A DNA stretch of 64,000 bases. Source: Amoebidium appalachense (Eukaryota; Protista; Ichthyosporea). The stretch covers positions 20,902,125 to 20,966,124 of the forward strand of contig CAVNZM010000001.1 of NCBI GenBank assembly GCA_963693365.1, given 5' to 3'. Numbering within the stretch: the stretch's first letter is position 1; each line of letters begins with the position of its first letter. Below the pieces are notes generated by a model. The model ran no database searches and was not told the origin of the DNA. It saw nothing but the letters and a program-made list of their open reading frames with translations. A program made the position numbers and the translations under genes. Shown piece by piece: positions 1-22,998 of the stretch.

Positions 1-776
1 CGTTCACGCAGAATTGAAAAAAAAAACACTGCATGTTTAATAAAAGACCTGAACAGCATACGTATTGGGATTGTGCTGGTTTCCAGTGCAGAGACACATG
101 ATTCATGGTGCAATACAGCACCACATCTATGCACATCTTAGTGGTGGATGTGGAATGTAAACATTCTTACCCCATAGATTACCAAAGGGACTCAACCTTG
201 TAAACTTTTTGTGCAAAGTTCGCGCAGAGATGGCGGTCGCAACAAGGAAAAAAAAGGGGAAGTCGGTACTTGTGTGTCATGATATTCAAACGGTATCGAT
301 TCTCAACTACCTTACTAAACATTAACGTTCCTGCATATACAACTGCTTCAAAGTACTGTGGGAACTCGAATGGGACGATGTTTATACGAGTCTAGTGGGA
401 ACATACCGTGATCTACAGACGAGTGGTCGAACTCCCAATCAACAAATTTGAAGCAACGTGTTTACCAGGTGTTTATTCAAACTCATTTCTCTCTTCTACC
501 TCACTCACTTCCAGGACAATTTTCTGGGCGTGAAGCCTTCAAAAACCCATATGGGCGGCTCTGCTACTGATACAACCAAGCTACATTTGTGGGACGACCG
601 CCAAAGAAAACGGCGTGTCCGAGACTCACCACGTGCGCCGTCGCCGCCGTGCCAGGCATACCCAGTATGGTTACCACGTCGATTGGCCAGATTTCAAAGT
701 AGGCCTTCATAATTTGCTATGCATTTTTGTAACGTTAGTTTGGGGCCAGGGGACCGGGTGCCAGTGCGGGAAAAAT

Positions 777-817
<41 letters not shown>

Positions 818-968
818 GGGGGAGGGGGGGGGGGGGGGGGGGGGGGGGGAGGGGGGGGGGGGGGGGGGGGGGGGGGAGGATACATATAGCATACATATAT
901 TGGGGTACTTTTTCAAAGCTGTGAACACAAGGTTGTATGCACGCATCTCAAGGAAACTTTTTTTTTTC

Positions 969-2445
969 TTTTGACTCGGTTTTATTGATCCGTTGATGAA
1001 GGCAACGTGCAGCCACAGGCTGCATAATAACCACCAACAGAACTGAAAAAGCCAAAGCTACGAAATAAAAATAAAGCGACAAGTGACAAAGGACACCAGC
1101 GGGCAAAACCTTAAGTGTACATGTATGCGTGAAACTAGTTTGCTCCAACTAGTCATATGCATCGATGTTGACCAGACCACACTCCGCAAGAAGACATCAT
1201 TACTGCTGCTTCCCAACAGCCCCCCCTCAAAACCTACCGAGGCACAGCAAGCAAGTCAGCCTCTAAAAGAGCAATGCAGACCAAATCTGAGCTAAAAAAA
1301 AATCCCAACTGGCCCGGCCCCTAGATAACCCGGAGAAACTGCATCTAGATCTCTGATAGGGTGGCCTAGTTGTGGCAGGACACACAGAAAAACACAATTA
1401 CAGAATGCATCCGATACGGCAACAGTGTCAATTTATGTAGCCCCCCGGCCCCTCCCCTTCCCCCTGCCTCCCCCCCCCCCCCCCCCCTTTCCCCTCCGGA
1501 TCCCCCCCTTTCAAAACAATGAGCATCGATCAATATCCCGGCCCTATATATATATAGCGGCCTGGCAGAATTGCAAGCACCCAAGGACTTCACTTTCACT
1601 TCGATCTCTTAGCTGTCACGTCAACTTTTTTTCCCGATTCTTCACCATGGCAGGTATATAAAGGCTTTCGTTTCTTCTTTTTGTGGTGGGAGGGAGTCCC
1701 ACTCAGGGGAACGTGACTGCAGCGCGTGTGTGTGGTGTGGCCTGGTGTATTACTACTGCTGTGAGAGTGTGGGGGCATCTCCCTTTCGCGGAGTTTCTCG
1801 CTTGAGAAGTGGTTTCTTCAACGCCTGGTGGTCCACTGCAACCTATGGTAACTTCTACACGCTGTCTACGCTTCTACGCTGCAACTTCTTCAGCTACTTC
1901 TGCGCTGCGTGAGTGGAGGGTGGCTACTTGGTCGTCGGGGAGCTTTCCAAGTGACTGCCAGTCCTTAGCCTCCAGTCGTATGGCAATGACTGGGTTTGCT
2001 TGCATGCATTCTGTAATTGTGTTTTTCTGTGTGTCCTGCCACAACTAGGCCACCTTATCAGAGAGCTAGATGCAGTTTCTCCGGGTTATCTAGGGGCCGG
2101 GCCAGTTGGGATTGTTTTTTAGCTCAGATTTGGTCTGCATTGCTCTTTTAGAGGCTGACTGGCTTGCTGTGCCTCGGTAGGTTTTGAGGGGGGCCTGTTG
2201 GGAAGCAGCAGTAATGATGTCTTCTTGCGGAGTGTGGCCTGGTCAACATCGATGCATATTACTAGTTGGAGCAAACTAGTTTCACGCATACATCATGTAC
2301 ACTTAAGGTTTTGCCCGCTGGTGTCCTTTGTCACTTGTCGCTTTATTTTTAATTCGTAGCTTTGGCTTTTTCAGTTCTGTTGGTGGTTATGTATCCTGTG
2401 GCTGCACGTTGCCTTCATCAACGGATCAATAAAACCGAGTCAAAA
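969..2445. repeat. Long inverted repeat: about 442-bp arms (969-1410 and 2004-2445) around a 593-bp spacer; foldback or long-TIR non-autonomous element
   Basis: TTTTGACTCGGTTTTATTGATCCGTTG...CAGAATGCAT at 969-1410 is the near-exact reverse complement of 2004-2445, with a few substitutions and indels. No TSD found. Confidence 0.85.
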
Positions 2446-2750
2446 TATTCCTACTTTTTTAATGGTTTTATAAAAACTTTTTTTTTAGCGCGCAAAAACT
2501 TCCCGCCCAAATTTCTATATTTGTCTAATCGTGCGATCGCGCGAAAATAATTGGTCCATACATATTTTTTCCATTTTTGCGATATTCCTACTTTTTTTTA
2601 TTGTTTTATAGCTATTCTCATTATTTATTTTTTTTATAAAAAAAAATATAAAAAAATGGCGTGCAAAACTTTCCCGCCCGAATTTCTATGTTTGGATGTG
2701 TAATCATGCGATCGCGCAAAAATTATTGGTCCACTGGCATAATTTTTTTT
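2446..2750. repeat. Imperfect direct repeat (about 170-bp spacing), AT-rich
   Basis: AAAACTT(T)CCCGCCC(A/G)AATTTCTAT...TAATC(G/A)TGCGATCGCGC...ATTGGTCCA occurs near 2495 and 2665; ATATTCCTACTTTTTT occurs near 2445 and 2582. Confidence 0.6.
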
Positions 2751-3408
2751 GAGAAGCTCTTTTCCACCGTCCTCTTTTTGCTCGTCCGTATACATCTTTG
2801 TTTTTTTGATCTGCACTGCAGATGGTGCATCTCAAAGACGAGTGCCGCACATTTTATAACACGTGTAACGAAGCTGGGCCCACTTTAGGCCCTGAGGAAA
2901 AGCGGCAAGCAAATAATATCCCGCAGCATCCTATTGATGTTTTTTTACGTTCTCTTAGGTGCTCCTTACATGGCTTTTTTAGGTCGCTAGCGAGTAGCGC
3001 TAGCATTCCTTTCCATGTTAGGAAACCCACGGTCCTGCCCGATCATTGTATCTCCTTAAGCTTGCCCGAGTGCCATATTGCTTGCAATTGAGCGGCCTTG
3101 CGCTGGGGGTTCATAACCGCAGTTCTGACTTTTGTGATACTAGATCCGACAGAAAACGCCTACTTTAGTAGATCGATGTATTATGTTAGGGATTCATGAT
3201 TTTGAGACGGGGAGGGGGGTAGTAGCTAGTCTTTTTTTCAAAAGGTCTTTTTTTTTTTTGGGGGGGGGGGGGGGGGGGGACCCACCTACCCCCCTGGACA
3301 GGTGGTCCCCCCTCCCCCCTCCCCCCTCCCCCCCCCCCCCCCCCCCCCCCCCCCCCGCGAAGGGTTGGGGAAGGGCACCCACGAAGCTACGGCGATTGAA
3401 AGGGAGGA

Positions 3409-3442
<34 letters not shown>

Positions 3443-4511
3443 GGACCCACCCACCCCATAGGCTGCCATCATATAACCATATCAGATAACCTGATCATAT
3501 ATTACGATGATTTAGCAGCGGTGTGACACACATTCCCAAAACCTAAACAATGAGGCTAGCTAATAGAAGTCACTCGATCACCTAAAACTCAGGCTATCTA
3601 CCTACTATGATATGTCGTAAGGGCATGCTCCCGGCCTTCTCCCCCCCCCCCCCCCCCCCCCCCCCCCCGCCACCGCCTCCGCGGCCCCCTGTGACGTCCC
3701 TCCCCCCCCCCTCCCCGCCTCCCCTCTCGCACTCGTCTCTAGTCGCCCCACAGCGCGCGCACACACAGCACACACTTCCAAACGTTTTAAATTCACACAT
3801 ACCTGCGCATGCATGTACCACACACGCACACGAGTTGCACAAACTGGTCCAGCGATGAGCACCCGAAATGAACATTCAGATACACTCACCTACACCACAC
3901 ACACTTACATTCCCCGCCACACAGATACGCACACGAACACTGCATGGTTAGCACGTTAACTTTGCCTCCAATGCTAACTTAGAATAGCTGACCGCTGCAT
4001 GTGTGTGTGTGTGTATGTGTGTGTACGTGTGTGTGTGTGTGTGTGTGTGTGTACGGTGTGTGTGTGTGTGTGTATGTGTTGTGAGTGTGTGTGTGTGTGC
4101 GTGCGCATGTGCACATGCCTTGTGTAAACGAGCAGGGTGAGGGGCCGGGGGGGGGGGGGGGGGGGAGGAAGGGGAGGAGGTGAGTGAGGTGGGAGGGCCC
4201 CTCCGGGGGCGAGGAGGGGGGGGTCGTTAAAAAATGTTATACCTAGGATGAGGGAGGGGGGGAGCCTCAGGGAGGGGAGGTGCGTGAGGCGGGAGGGGCC
4301 CGGGAGGGCGACAGGGGGAGGAGGGGGGAGGGGGGAGGGGGGTCGTTTACTCGGAAAATGTTATGGAGCATACTAAGGTACACGTTTTCCACGGACAACA
4401 CAAAGTAGACCTTGCAAAGAGCACACAATGAGTATGCATCCGGCAGAACTTGGCACCAGCACGAAGAGGTGGGAAGGTGTGTGTGTGTGTGTGTCTTTCA
4501 GTGTGTGTGTC

Positions 4512-4627
<116 letters not shown>

Positions 4628-4857
4628 TGTGTGGGTGTGCGTGCGTGTGTGTGTGTGGGGTGCGTGTGTGGGTATGTGTGTGTGTGGGGGGAGGGGGGGG
4701 AAGGGGAGTGGGGGCCGGGTGGGGAAAGATATACATGCATCTATCAGTGGCCAAAACGGAAGCAATTCCTCAAAAAAAAAAACAAAAAAAAAAACTAATA
4801 CATGTACAGCTTTGGTGGATGGGACTCTGGCAATGATCACGCGCATGGCCGGGCAGG

Positions 4858-4895
<38 letters not shown>

Positions 4896-5694
4896 ACCAC
4901 CAGGACGGACGTTGATATTAGCTACTCCCCCCGCACCATTTAAAATTCAAGAATCCATTAATTCAGATTGTTCGGTTTAGCAGTTTTACGGTAGGATTTT
5001 CGTTTTGGTATATCCTGTTGGATATCCGGTGAAGCTATCTCCGCAACTATCTCGTTGTATCTAATGTGACTGTACTATATAGTATCCATTCTTAGCCCTG
5101 TCGGATGCCCCGATGATAGGCTATATAAAATTCATGTTTAAAAAGAAGTTTGCATAATAAATTCCACAACGTGGGCCCTCCTACCAGGTCCCGGACGGGT
5201 ATCATTCTCCCCATCCTGCTCAAGCCGGGCCAACCACATCAGCAGGGTCAACTTGCTCCGAGAGGAATTCGGTTCTGCATAAAGCAGAATAATGAAGATT
5301 TCTTCTGCTAACGTAGAATGATTCGGCTGGGAGCACGTTTGCTCAGCTGTCGAAAGAAGAATAAAACTGCATAATAATTCTGCTTTTGCAGAATACCTCT
5401 GCTCTTTGCAAGTTGACTCTGTCGATCACCGGGGGCCCTTCTTCCCCCCCCCCCCCCCCCCCTTCCCCCTCCCCCCCCCCCCCCTCTGGGGCCCACAATC
5501 TCCGCACCCTGATATGCATAGTTTCCAATACGACCTCCCGTTTGAGTCCCACCCCGTTTCCATTGCAGGTGTACACGCAGGCACCACCAATACCAATGAC
5601 CTTCGAGTCTGTTTCCCACTGCCGAAGGACTACTAATGTGCACATTGGCACCAGGCGGCAAATACTAACCGGTTTGCGTGAATTGGCGTTGGTG

Positions 5695-5751
<57 letters not shown>

Positions 5752-5850
5752 GTACGCACACACATGCACACACACATGTACACACACACTGTTACACATG
5801 CGCGCGTCCGCACGCACGCACCCACACATGCACACACACACACACAAACA

Positions 5851-5889
<39 letters not shown>

Positions 5890-5931
5890 TTACACATGCG
5901 CGCGTGCGTACGCGCGCACACACGCACACGC

Positions 5932-5963
<32 letters not shown>

Positions 5964-5966
5964 TTG

Positions 5967-6030
<64 letters not shown>

Positions 6031-6659
6031 TCACATGCACACGCACACACGCCCACACACAGCCACCCGCACGCGCACACACAACCCCGCTGGGCCATCT
6101 GCCCACACCATACATACACATGCACAGCCCCACGCACACGCGCGCACACACACGCACAACTTGGACACAGACACAGACTGACAGGCACCACACATACACG
6201 CACACCCACACGCACACACTGTGACACAGACACACACACACATGCACACGCACACAAACGCAGACAAAGACACACACATGCACACAGTGGCACACGCGGG
6301 CGAAGGAACAGGCCTTTCAATCAGTGCGTGCCTACACAAACATTCACCAACGGCCCAACCATATTGGCAGAGCAAAAGTATTTGCTCCATGCAGAATTAT
6401 TTCTGCAGAAACAAGAATCATTCAGCAAAAAGGCAGAATCATTCTGCTTGGGGATTCTTGATTTTGAACTTGGGGGGCAGTAGAAACTTTTGAGGAGGGG
6501 GGTAAAAGGGGGGGGGGGGGGGGGGGAGGGGGGGCATCTACTCTTCTGGTGTAAACTCGCACTGCTTTGCCTATTTCAAGTCATGAAAAAAATTGGTTTG
6601 GATAATAATTTCAAGATTCTCAGAGTCTGATTGCAATGATTCCCCTCTCCTCCAGTCCA

Positions 6660-6783
<124 letters not shown>

Positions 6784-6795
6784 AGGGGGGGGGGG

Positions 6796-6830
<35 letters not shown>

Positions 6831-6857
6831 AGAGGGAGAGAGAGAGGGAGAGAGGGG

Positions 6858-6955
<98 letters not shown>

Positions 6956-8029
6956 TGCACATGCACAAATGCATATATGTTGGGTTTCTCCCTCTCTCTC
7001 TCGTCGTGTACATGACCATGCACATACAATTCCGATTGTGCCGACTTGCTTATGGCCATTGCATGCCTTTGTTAGTTTGGTTGATCCTACGGTTTATTGC
7101 AAGTTGCATGGTCTGGATGCATGATTTAACGGTTTCCCTTGCACCGTGAAAATCATTTGTTACTTATTAGCATTGTATTGTCTTCAACGGTTACATGGTT
7201 TCGTTGTTACATGCAGCTTATTTCTACTGGGTCGTTTAATGTCTATCTCCCCACTTTCTTCGATTCTAAATATCCCTAGTGGTCCGGATGTGGGGAGCCT
7301 GCTGCCAGGCTGGCTAGAGCATACTAGCTACCATCTGCATCGGTACACGCGTGAGGGATAGTCTGAAAGCTTATCAGTGATGCCTTGCGCTGCCGTTTCC
7401 CAGCGCCTGGAAGCTGACCCAAGCTCGACAGCAACCCTTTAAAATCTCACTCACCGGCGCTAAAGCAGTATTTGGGGTATCACAATTAGCAAATTGAAAA
7501 GTGTGAACTGAGAGTACGTATACGCTGTCTAGTGTTTACTCGGTCAAGCGTGACTCAGTCTATTTTTAGCGCTAAAAATTACGCGCCAAAATTCCTCTCC
7601 CAGCCCCCATCGTAGAAGAGGGGGGCAAATGCATGGTTGATCAACGTGCGACATGAACTCCTAAGGTTTTGCTTATATTCCACTTTTACAGGTATTTAAA
7701 ATGCCAAATTAAATATATCTTCTTTTAATCATTACTAATACCTTTTCAAATGTTTGAAATGCTTTGTCAAGGTGGCCAACAAAAATACATCAAACCTGCA
7801 CGACTTTACCACGGGCCAAACAGCCAGTGAGGATGCACACGCCTATGACTGCATCATTCCAGGCATCTTGATTTTTTTTGTCAAACTAACCGCCAAAACA
7901 GTTAGCCAATCCTTAGGCAGATTTCTACTTTAAAACAACTTTAAAAGCTAATAACGATTATATGTTCTATCAAGATCACGTCTAATATTTAGCCACTAGC
8001 GCACGGGGATTCAACGTGCCTGGTGACAG

Positions 8030-8036
8030 TATAAAA
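8030..8036 (+). promoter_or_regulatory. TATA box candidate for alpha-tubulin
   Basis: TATAAAA about 90 nt upstream of the ATG at 8124. Confidence 0.45.
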
Positions 8037-8123
8037 TCGAGACGACGGTTTGTGCCTCTTTAGTTGTTGTACCCTAACATTACGACAGCACACCCCTTTT
8101 GCGGTTCGCAAAAAGTATCAAAC

Positions 8124-10278
<2,155 letters not shown>

Positions 10279-11049
10279 ATATAGCGCGTGTATATCCCTG
10301 TATATCTGAATGAGAGAAATAAAGCAGTCGTCACTGGCTTGAGGCCATGCTCCTACTACGAGTTCCTTGTCTGGCTCCTTCCATAGAAATGGCGCTGCCT
10401 ATGTATACTTCGCACTCCCTTTGCCTTGTGTCTTGAATTGACTGCCTATCAAAGGAACACCTTATCAAGACTAACTATATGCTTGCACTGAAAACGACCA
10501 CCAATCAGATCTAAGTGAGACTTTGCGATATGCCGCGGCTCGAACTCTGAAATTAATTTTGCTTTGCTCATATTCCTGGGCGCCGGCCAGGCGTTAAATT
10601 CAGACCTCCATCCAATGGTATTGCAAATTCTACCCTGTTCTGATTGGAGGCCGTTTTCAGTGCAGGCATTATAAAATCCAGCTGCATTATTTCACGGAAT
10701 GGAATAGAGACTATATATTAGTACTCGTTTGCCGCCTTCCCAGACCCCTCTCCCGTCCCCCCCCCCCCCCACACACACACATGCATGGGTACGTCCTCTG
10801 GCCTGGGTGGATTGATCGTGTGGCCATGGGGCACAGGGTTGCAGGGAACACGGGGTGACCAGCACCCACCCGTCGTGTATGTTTTGTTACAAAGTAGTGG
10901 GTCGGCCACACACCACTCTCCGGGCCAGCCAGAGTCGCGTGCATGTGTGTATACGTATGTAGTGTCTGCATGAATACCAAAAAAAAAAATTCAACTTTCA
11001 AAACATAGGTGAGGGGAACCTAAGGCTATAATAGGTAAGTGCTGTGTGC

Positions 11050-17084
<6,035 letters not shown>

Positions 17085-17894
17085 GTTTGCGTAAAAGGCC
17101 TAGCTAGATGTGCTGCCCTTAAGGGGATATCCCTAAACCATACAGACTGCTTGGGCTTGGCACGGATTACAGCAACGGCTATTCCACTCCTAAAGCTCTA
17201 CAGCAAACATGAGACAATGGAACCTGCTCAGGCGGGAATATGGCCGTGGTTGCACCACCAAGTTGCTTATGGGTTAAACAAAGACCTATACACGCAACCC
17301 CTATGCTAGCTCCAAGGTTATAGGTAATAGAGGTAGGCCATGACAAAACATGAACAACTCTCCTAGGCCTCATAAGCGACTTTCTGTTTTACTTTTTGGG
17401 GAATTTGGTCCATAAATACGGTACAATATTCTCAAGATCGATTATGCCGATTGGTACGATCCGCGATTATGCGATCGCAACTTAAAATCATGATGTGGAA
17501 ATCCCCCCCCCCCCCCCCCCCCCCCCCCCCCGCCCCCCGGCCGATTCGCCTGAGTCACCTCGGTGCAATACCGTCCACGCGTTGGCGAAAACACACGCGT
17601 GTCATGGTGGCGCTGTACCTTACCATAAATCCGACGTTCAGGCCTGTGCCCATTCCTACAGTACGCATCAGCAAGGCAAAAGAGTTCCTCCCAAAGTTGG
17701 AAACCGATGCTACGAGCGTGATAGACACGGACACGAAGGAACCGATGTTTTTTGGTGAGAAACTACTCGAGCGCAAACGCCGATGCGAGATGGAAATCGA
17801 GCTCTTCTCGAACTGTTCGCGCTGGCGGAAGGTCGTGCATACGACCCCGTAAGCGACAAGTGGGAACCAACCCCACAGGCGTCGGACCAAACCG

Positions 17895-20190
17895 ATGCCT
17901 GATTTATCCTTCTTCTTCTGGAATGCTCGGACACTGGGCCCCCAAAGGGGCCTCCCCCCCGGGACACTCGACGATAAAATCAGCTACATACAACAACAGA
18001 CAAACAACCACACATTCACAGTGATTTGCGAAACACAGTTTAAAAACCACCACAAATAAAACTCTACATTGGTCGACACATCTACACACCCCGGTTATAC
18101 GGAAAAATGGAGGCATTATTGTACTTGCCGCGCCACACGTGAGAGTGAAGCGCAAACCGGTAGCAAAAAACGGAATTCTCGGTTTCTATAGTGGTTCTTT
18201 CTAATGTTTTTACTTTTGTATATTACCCACCATCTATGTCAGTTGCCGAATTGACTCACGAGTTGTCACAGTTACCAATATCCACTGTTGTTTTAGGTGA
18301 TTTTCACACGCGACTCCACCACACAGACACACGGCAAGTGAGTGTCGGGTACCCACCTAAGCCCCCGGAGCGCGCTACCCCTTTAGCAAGGTATGTCCAA
18401 AGTCACACTTTGCGGTTCCCTCAAATATCCCATGCCCACAACACCGACTGGGGAGTGGCCTGTTGGCCATCAACCATGTCAAAACTCTCTCTCCCTCCTA
18501 ACCTCTCTAGGTCATCTGACCACTCTCCTATCCTTTTCCTACCTAAGATCTCCCTTGATCTGCTCCCTCCTCCTCCTCCCACCTTTCGCCTCCGTCTATC
18601 CCAGCTCAAGTCACAGTGGGGTAGAGTTGATGTATGTATATGCTATGCAACGAAACACCCTATATATATGTGCCTATTAGAATCTGCACAAGCCAGACCA
18701 GATTCGAATTCACATCTCGTACTAGATACATGCACTAACTTTATTGTTGATGATTTAATAGATCTCGGTGATTATGCTGGTGGTGGTAGGAAGGAATATC
18801 CCGATGCTCTCTTGTTACCAAACACCACTCCCGCTAGACTAGGTGAGCGCCTGTCTCAAAAGGAGAGCTTGCGCCGGCTTGCTAGTATGAATCGATTTGG
18901 CCCCCCTGCTCGTATTATTGGTGATACCACTGGAGACCCCCTCATAGACTCTGATAAGTATTTCTCAGAACTGTTTAAAGATAGGACCCCCGCTCAGAAA
19001 CCTATTGTGTGGCCTGTAGACCCATCTATCCCCATAGAATCGATCCTCCCCTTTTTCAGTCCCGATACCGTATGGTCTGTGGTATCTAGTTATAGCTCTA
19101 GTAAGTCTTGTGGACCTGGTGGACTTCCTGCTGGGTTTCTTAAAATCCTTGTTCCCTCCTACCCACAAAAGGAAAGTGATCGTGCTATTAAACCAGATCT
19201 TACTATTATGTTAAGCTCTCTCTTTTCTTGGTGTGTTAAATGTGGACATGTCCCGTCATCTTGGTTAGATACCTTAGTGATCCCCATACTTAAGAAGGAC
19301 TCTGAGGGCCCCATATCATCTTTTCGCCCCATCACACTAACCCAGGTTGTTCGTAGATTCTTTGAAGCTTGCTTACTTAGGTTATTTGCACATCACCCTA
19401 GGTTTTAATCTATTCTTCACATACACCCATGCCAATCCGCTTTTCGTAAAACCAATTCATGTTATGTTCAAATAATGGCACTGCACGATTCTATGCAAGT
19501 TGGTGCACGATATGTTGGTTTTATTGATTGGAAAACTGCTTACGATTCTGTCTCCCCTGTTCTCCTATGGGAAAAGCTTGCTGCACGGGGTGTACCACAC
19601 TGCATTGGTGTTTTGTTAGAAGCACTCTTGTCTCAAAACTATGGTAGAGCTGTGGTTAATGGGCACCTTTCATATGGTTTTTCTCGTACGAGAGGTCTCT
19701 TGCAGGGTTCATTGCTTAGCCCCTTTTTGTTTAACCTATTTATAGATGATTTGGCTGTCAAGATTCATGCCGAAAATGATGACCCTATTAATAACTTTCC
19801 GCCTGCACTTCTCTATGCTGATGATCTGTCCCTCCTTGCCCGCGCCCCTAGACGCCTGCAAAGATTGTTCGATATAGTGTCAGAGTGGTGCAAGGCAAAC
19901 CTTATGATCCTTAACATAGACAAATGTGGTGTTAAGTACCTGATATCATCTAACAATTTACACACATTTACATTATCATCTAAACCTGTACCTATAGTTC
20001 CAAAGTACAAATATCTTGGTGTTCCGGTTAATTCTGTTGGTGTTATGTTTTCCCATATGGTTGAAAAGAGGGTAGAACTGGCTCGTAAGCGGTTAGCTTT
20101 CTTCTCGGCTAATATTTTTAAAGACACGCCCCTCCATCCTTCTATTAGACTTACATTTATTCGCACTTTTGTCTTCCCGGCATGTGAAGG
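17895..20190 (+). mobile_element. Decayed non-LTR retrotransposon (LINE) ORF2: APE endonuclease plus reverse transcriptase, 3'-truncated
   Basis: APE motifs FWNAR (from the ATG at 17895), ICET, VLGDF and SDH. RT motifs KSCGPGG, FRPITL, FIDWKTAYDSV, GLLQGSLLSPFLFNLFIDDL, LYADD and YKYLG. Frameshifts near 17950-18190 and an in-frame TAA at 19406. Confidence 0.92.
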
Positions 20191-20286
20191 CACCCAAACC
20201 CTCAACTTGTCCCAAAAGGATAATAAGGAGAATAACGAAAGGAAAAGTGTCCCTACATCCCCCCCCCCCCCCCCCCCTCTCCCCCC

Positions 20287-20323
<37 letters not shown>

Positions 20324-22957
20324 CCCCCCCCCCCCCCCAAAAAAAAAAAAAAAGAAAGAAACTTTTAACCCCCTAATAGATTTACCCCTGCAAAGCACCT
20401 TTTTGCACCGTTTTGTGCCTGCCAAGGCTCAGTGGCAGTCAGTCAAAGCCCTGCAAAGTGCGATGGCTGGTCGGGCCAAGAGGGTCGTGAATGACTTCTT
20501 GGGCACAAAGGGAGCATGTGCGTGCACCAATGGAATCCCAGGCCTGTTAGCCTAATGTGGAAGCACAGCGCGCATGCAACTGTTATCCAATCCCGTGCAA
20601 GTGCGTTTCGTGCATCACTAGCCCCCCCCCCCCCCCCAAACACACACACACACACAAAAAAAAAAAAAAAAATAAGGGAAAAAAAAAAAGGGGGGGGAAA
20701 GATCCCCAACCTCTCTACATCGCACCACCACAATCATCTATATAACCCGGCACCCACCACCGCCTCTCTCAGTGTTATCATCCAGGGGCTCCCTGATACG
20801 TGGCATTTCTTGGCTTTTTGTATACCCATCGTGTTCAATCTGTCTATTAACGCTATCTTAATACTACCCATTCCCCCCCCCCCCCCCCCCCCCCCCCGCC
20901 AGGCAAGAGCAACAAGGCAGCCAGCATTTTTGTGCCCCCCAGTCTGATCAGGGCGTTGGGCCTACGTGATGGTGTGTGGGGGGAGTGGCCACTTCTGTCT
21001 GCTGCCGGCACACAGGCACAGACCAAGTACCCCGTCATGCTGTGCCTCGAGCCCAGAACAGACACACAGCCAGAACGTACGTGCACCACTCCCCCCCACC
21101 CTCCCCCCTTCTCCCCCTCCCCCCTTCTCCCCCGCTCCCCCCCCTCTCCCCCCTATCGAGGCTTTCTTGCCTCCCTAACCATACCACCCTCGGGGTAAGA
21201 AGAGACTCAGGTCCGCCTTTTAGAGTCGGAAACGAAGTTTGGGGAAGGACTTTCCCGTCTAGGCATTGCTCTTTGCATGCAACCACCCCAGTGTTGGCAT
21301 GATACGGGTCTCACTTTGTTCATGTTCTTTCCTCCCTGCTGCCTTGCATAGTGTTCTCACTGTGCTTACATAGACCCCTCCCTCTCTCTCTCCCCCCCCC
21401 CCCCCCCCCCCCCCCCCTAAGTTCTAATGAATATGGACCGACCTCGACCTTTACATGGATGAGACCCACCGCAGGCCATCCAAAGCAAAAGGGCAACGTG
21501 TCTCCTTTAAGGCCCACCATCCAATCCCTTGAGCCCCACATGACAAGGGCCCAATCAGAATGGATGGATGCCGTGGCCACCACCAAGTCAGTGCGCATCC
21601 TGTGCAACAAGCCAATCAGGGCTCAGGACACCGCCACGGTTCTCTCCGACATTGTGTTGTTGCTAGGCACCGCCCACCAGCTGGCCAATCAGAACTTGGG
21701 GCGGTGGCAGGGGGGAGTCCACAACCACGTGCACCAATCAGATGGCTGGGGGGTCTGAGGGCTGTGGCAAGGATCTGGTAACAATTCCTCCTTCTCCCTT
21801 TCCCCCCTATCTTAAACGTGCACATACATACACAACAAGAGAAGAAGAAGAGGGGAGGGGGGAGAGGGGGGAGGGAGGGAGGGAGGGAGGGAGGGAGGGA
21901 GGAACGGATGTGTGTGTGTGAGGGGGGGGGGGGGGGGGGAGAAGGGGAGGGGCAGGGCGAGAGAAGATCATGAACAGCACCGACATCCACCTAGTCAATG
22001 ACTACTCCCCCTCCTCCCCCCCCCCCCCCCCCCCCCCCCACCACCACCACCACCACCTTCCCTGCTAGTCCGTTGCGTGCATGATCACAGGCAGGGGAGG
22101 GTGGAAATGTGGAGACCGGATCAGTATCAAAGATGGCCAAGCAGGGGGGGGGGGGGGCAATGCAGAGAAGTAGGGTGGGTAAGGGGGAGAGGGAGGAGAC
22201 TAAGAGTAGTTGTAAAGATAAGGGGGCAGTGGGGGGGTGCGGTGGGGTGGGAAGGGGGTGGGAAGGTGAAAGGTGGGGGTTACATGCAGAGGGAAAACCA
22301 AACAACTAACTACAGAAATGAAGAACAGACATGACCACGTACCCCCCTCTGTGCTCTTCCTGATTCCTCCATTTGTTCACCTGCCTACACATACCCCCCC
22401 CCCCCCCCCCCCCCCTCTCCCCCTCTCCCTCCCCCTCCCCCTCCCTCCTCCCCACCCTCCCCCTTCTCCCTTCGGAGGGTGTCAAAGGCCGCATATTCTT
22501 CCTGACACTTTAGCCCCTCACAGATTGCAAGTATACTTAAATTTGACAAGCACTGCCCGGGCACACCCAACCCCCAGGCCCCGTGTGACACCATCTATGC
22601 CCGTCTGAAGGCCGACCTGTGCCCCAGCTGGGCCTATGCAAACACCCGTCTCACACGAGTGCATCCCACCAAGTGCGCACGTGAAAACGTGGAAAAACAC
22701 ATGGTGCACGCCATAAAGGAGGTGTTTTGGGACCCGTGCGTGAAGGATGTGAGCGAAAAAATGGAGACGGCATGCAAAGAAATTGCAGAGGTTGTGACGT
22801 GGTCTGAGGGGGGCACGGGCAGTGACAGGCAGAGGAAGGGTGTGCCGGAGGAGCTCAGAGTTGCGCAGAGGTGGGCTAATGAGATTGTGGAGAGGCTGGT
22901 CGTGGCATTTCCAAGGGTGTGTGTCCACTTACCCCCCCCCCCCCCCCCCCCCCCCCT

Positions 22958-22998
<41 letters not shown>

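Noticed and set aside
300-700. Possible exons at the window start
   Set aside because: Stops in the plausible frames and no recognisable homology; cannot be supported.
17451-17852. 133-aa ORF upstream of the LINE ORF2 as ORF1
   Set aside because: The position fits, but no zinc knuckle or RRM is recognisable; left uncalled.
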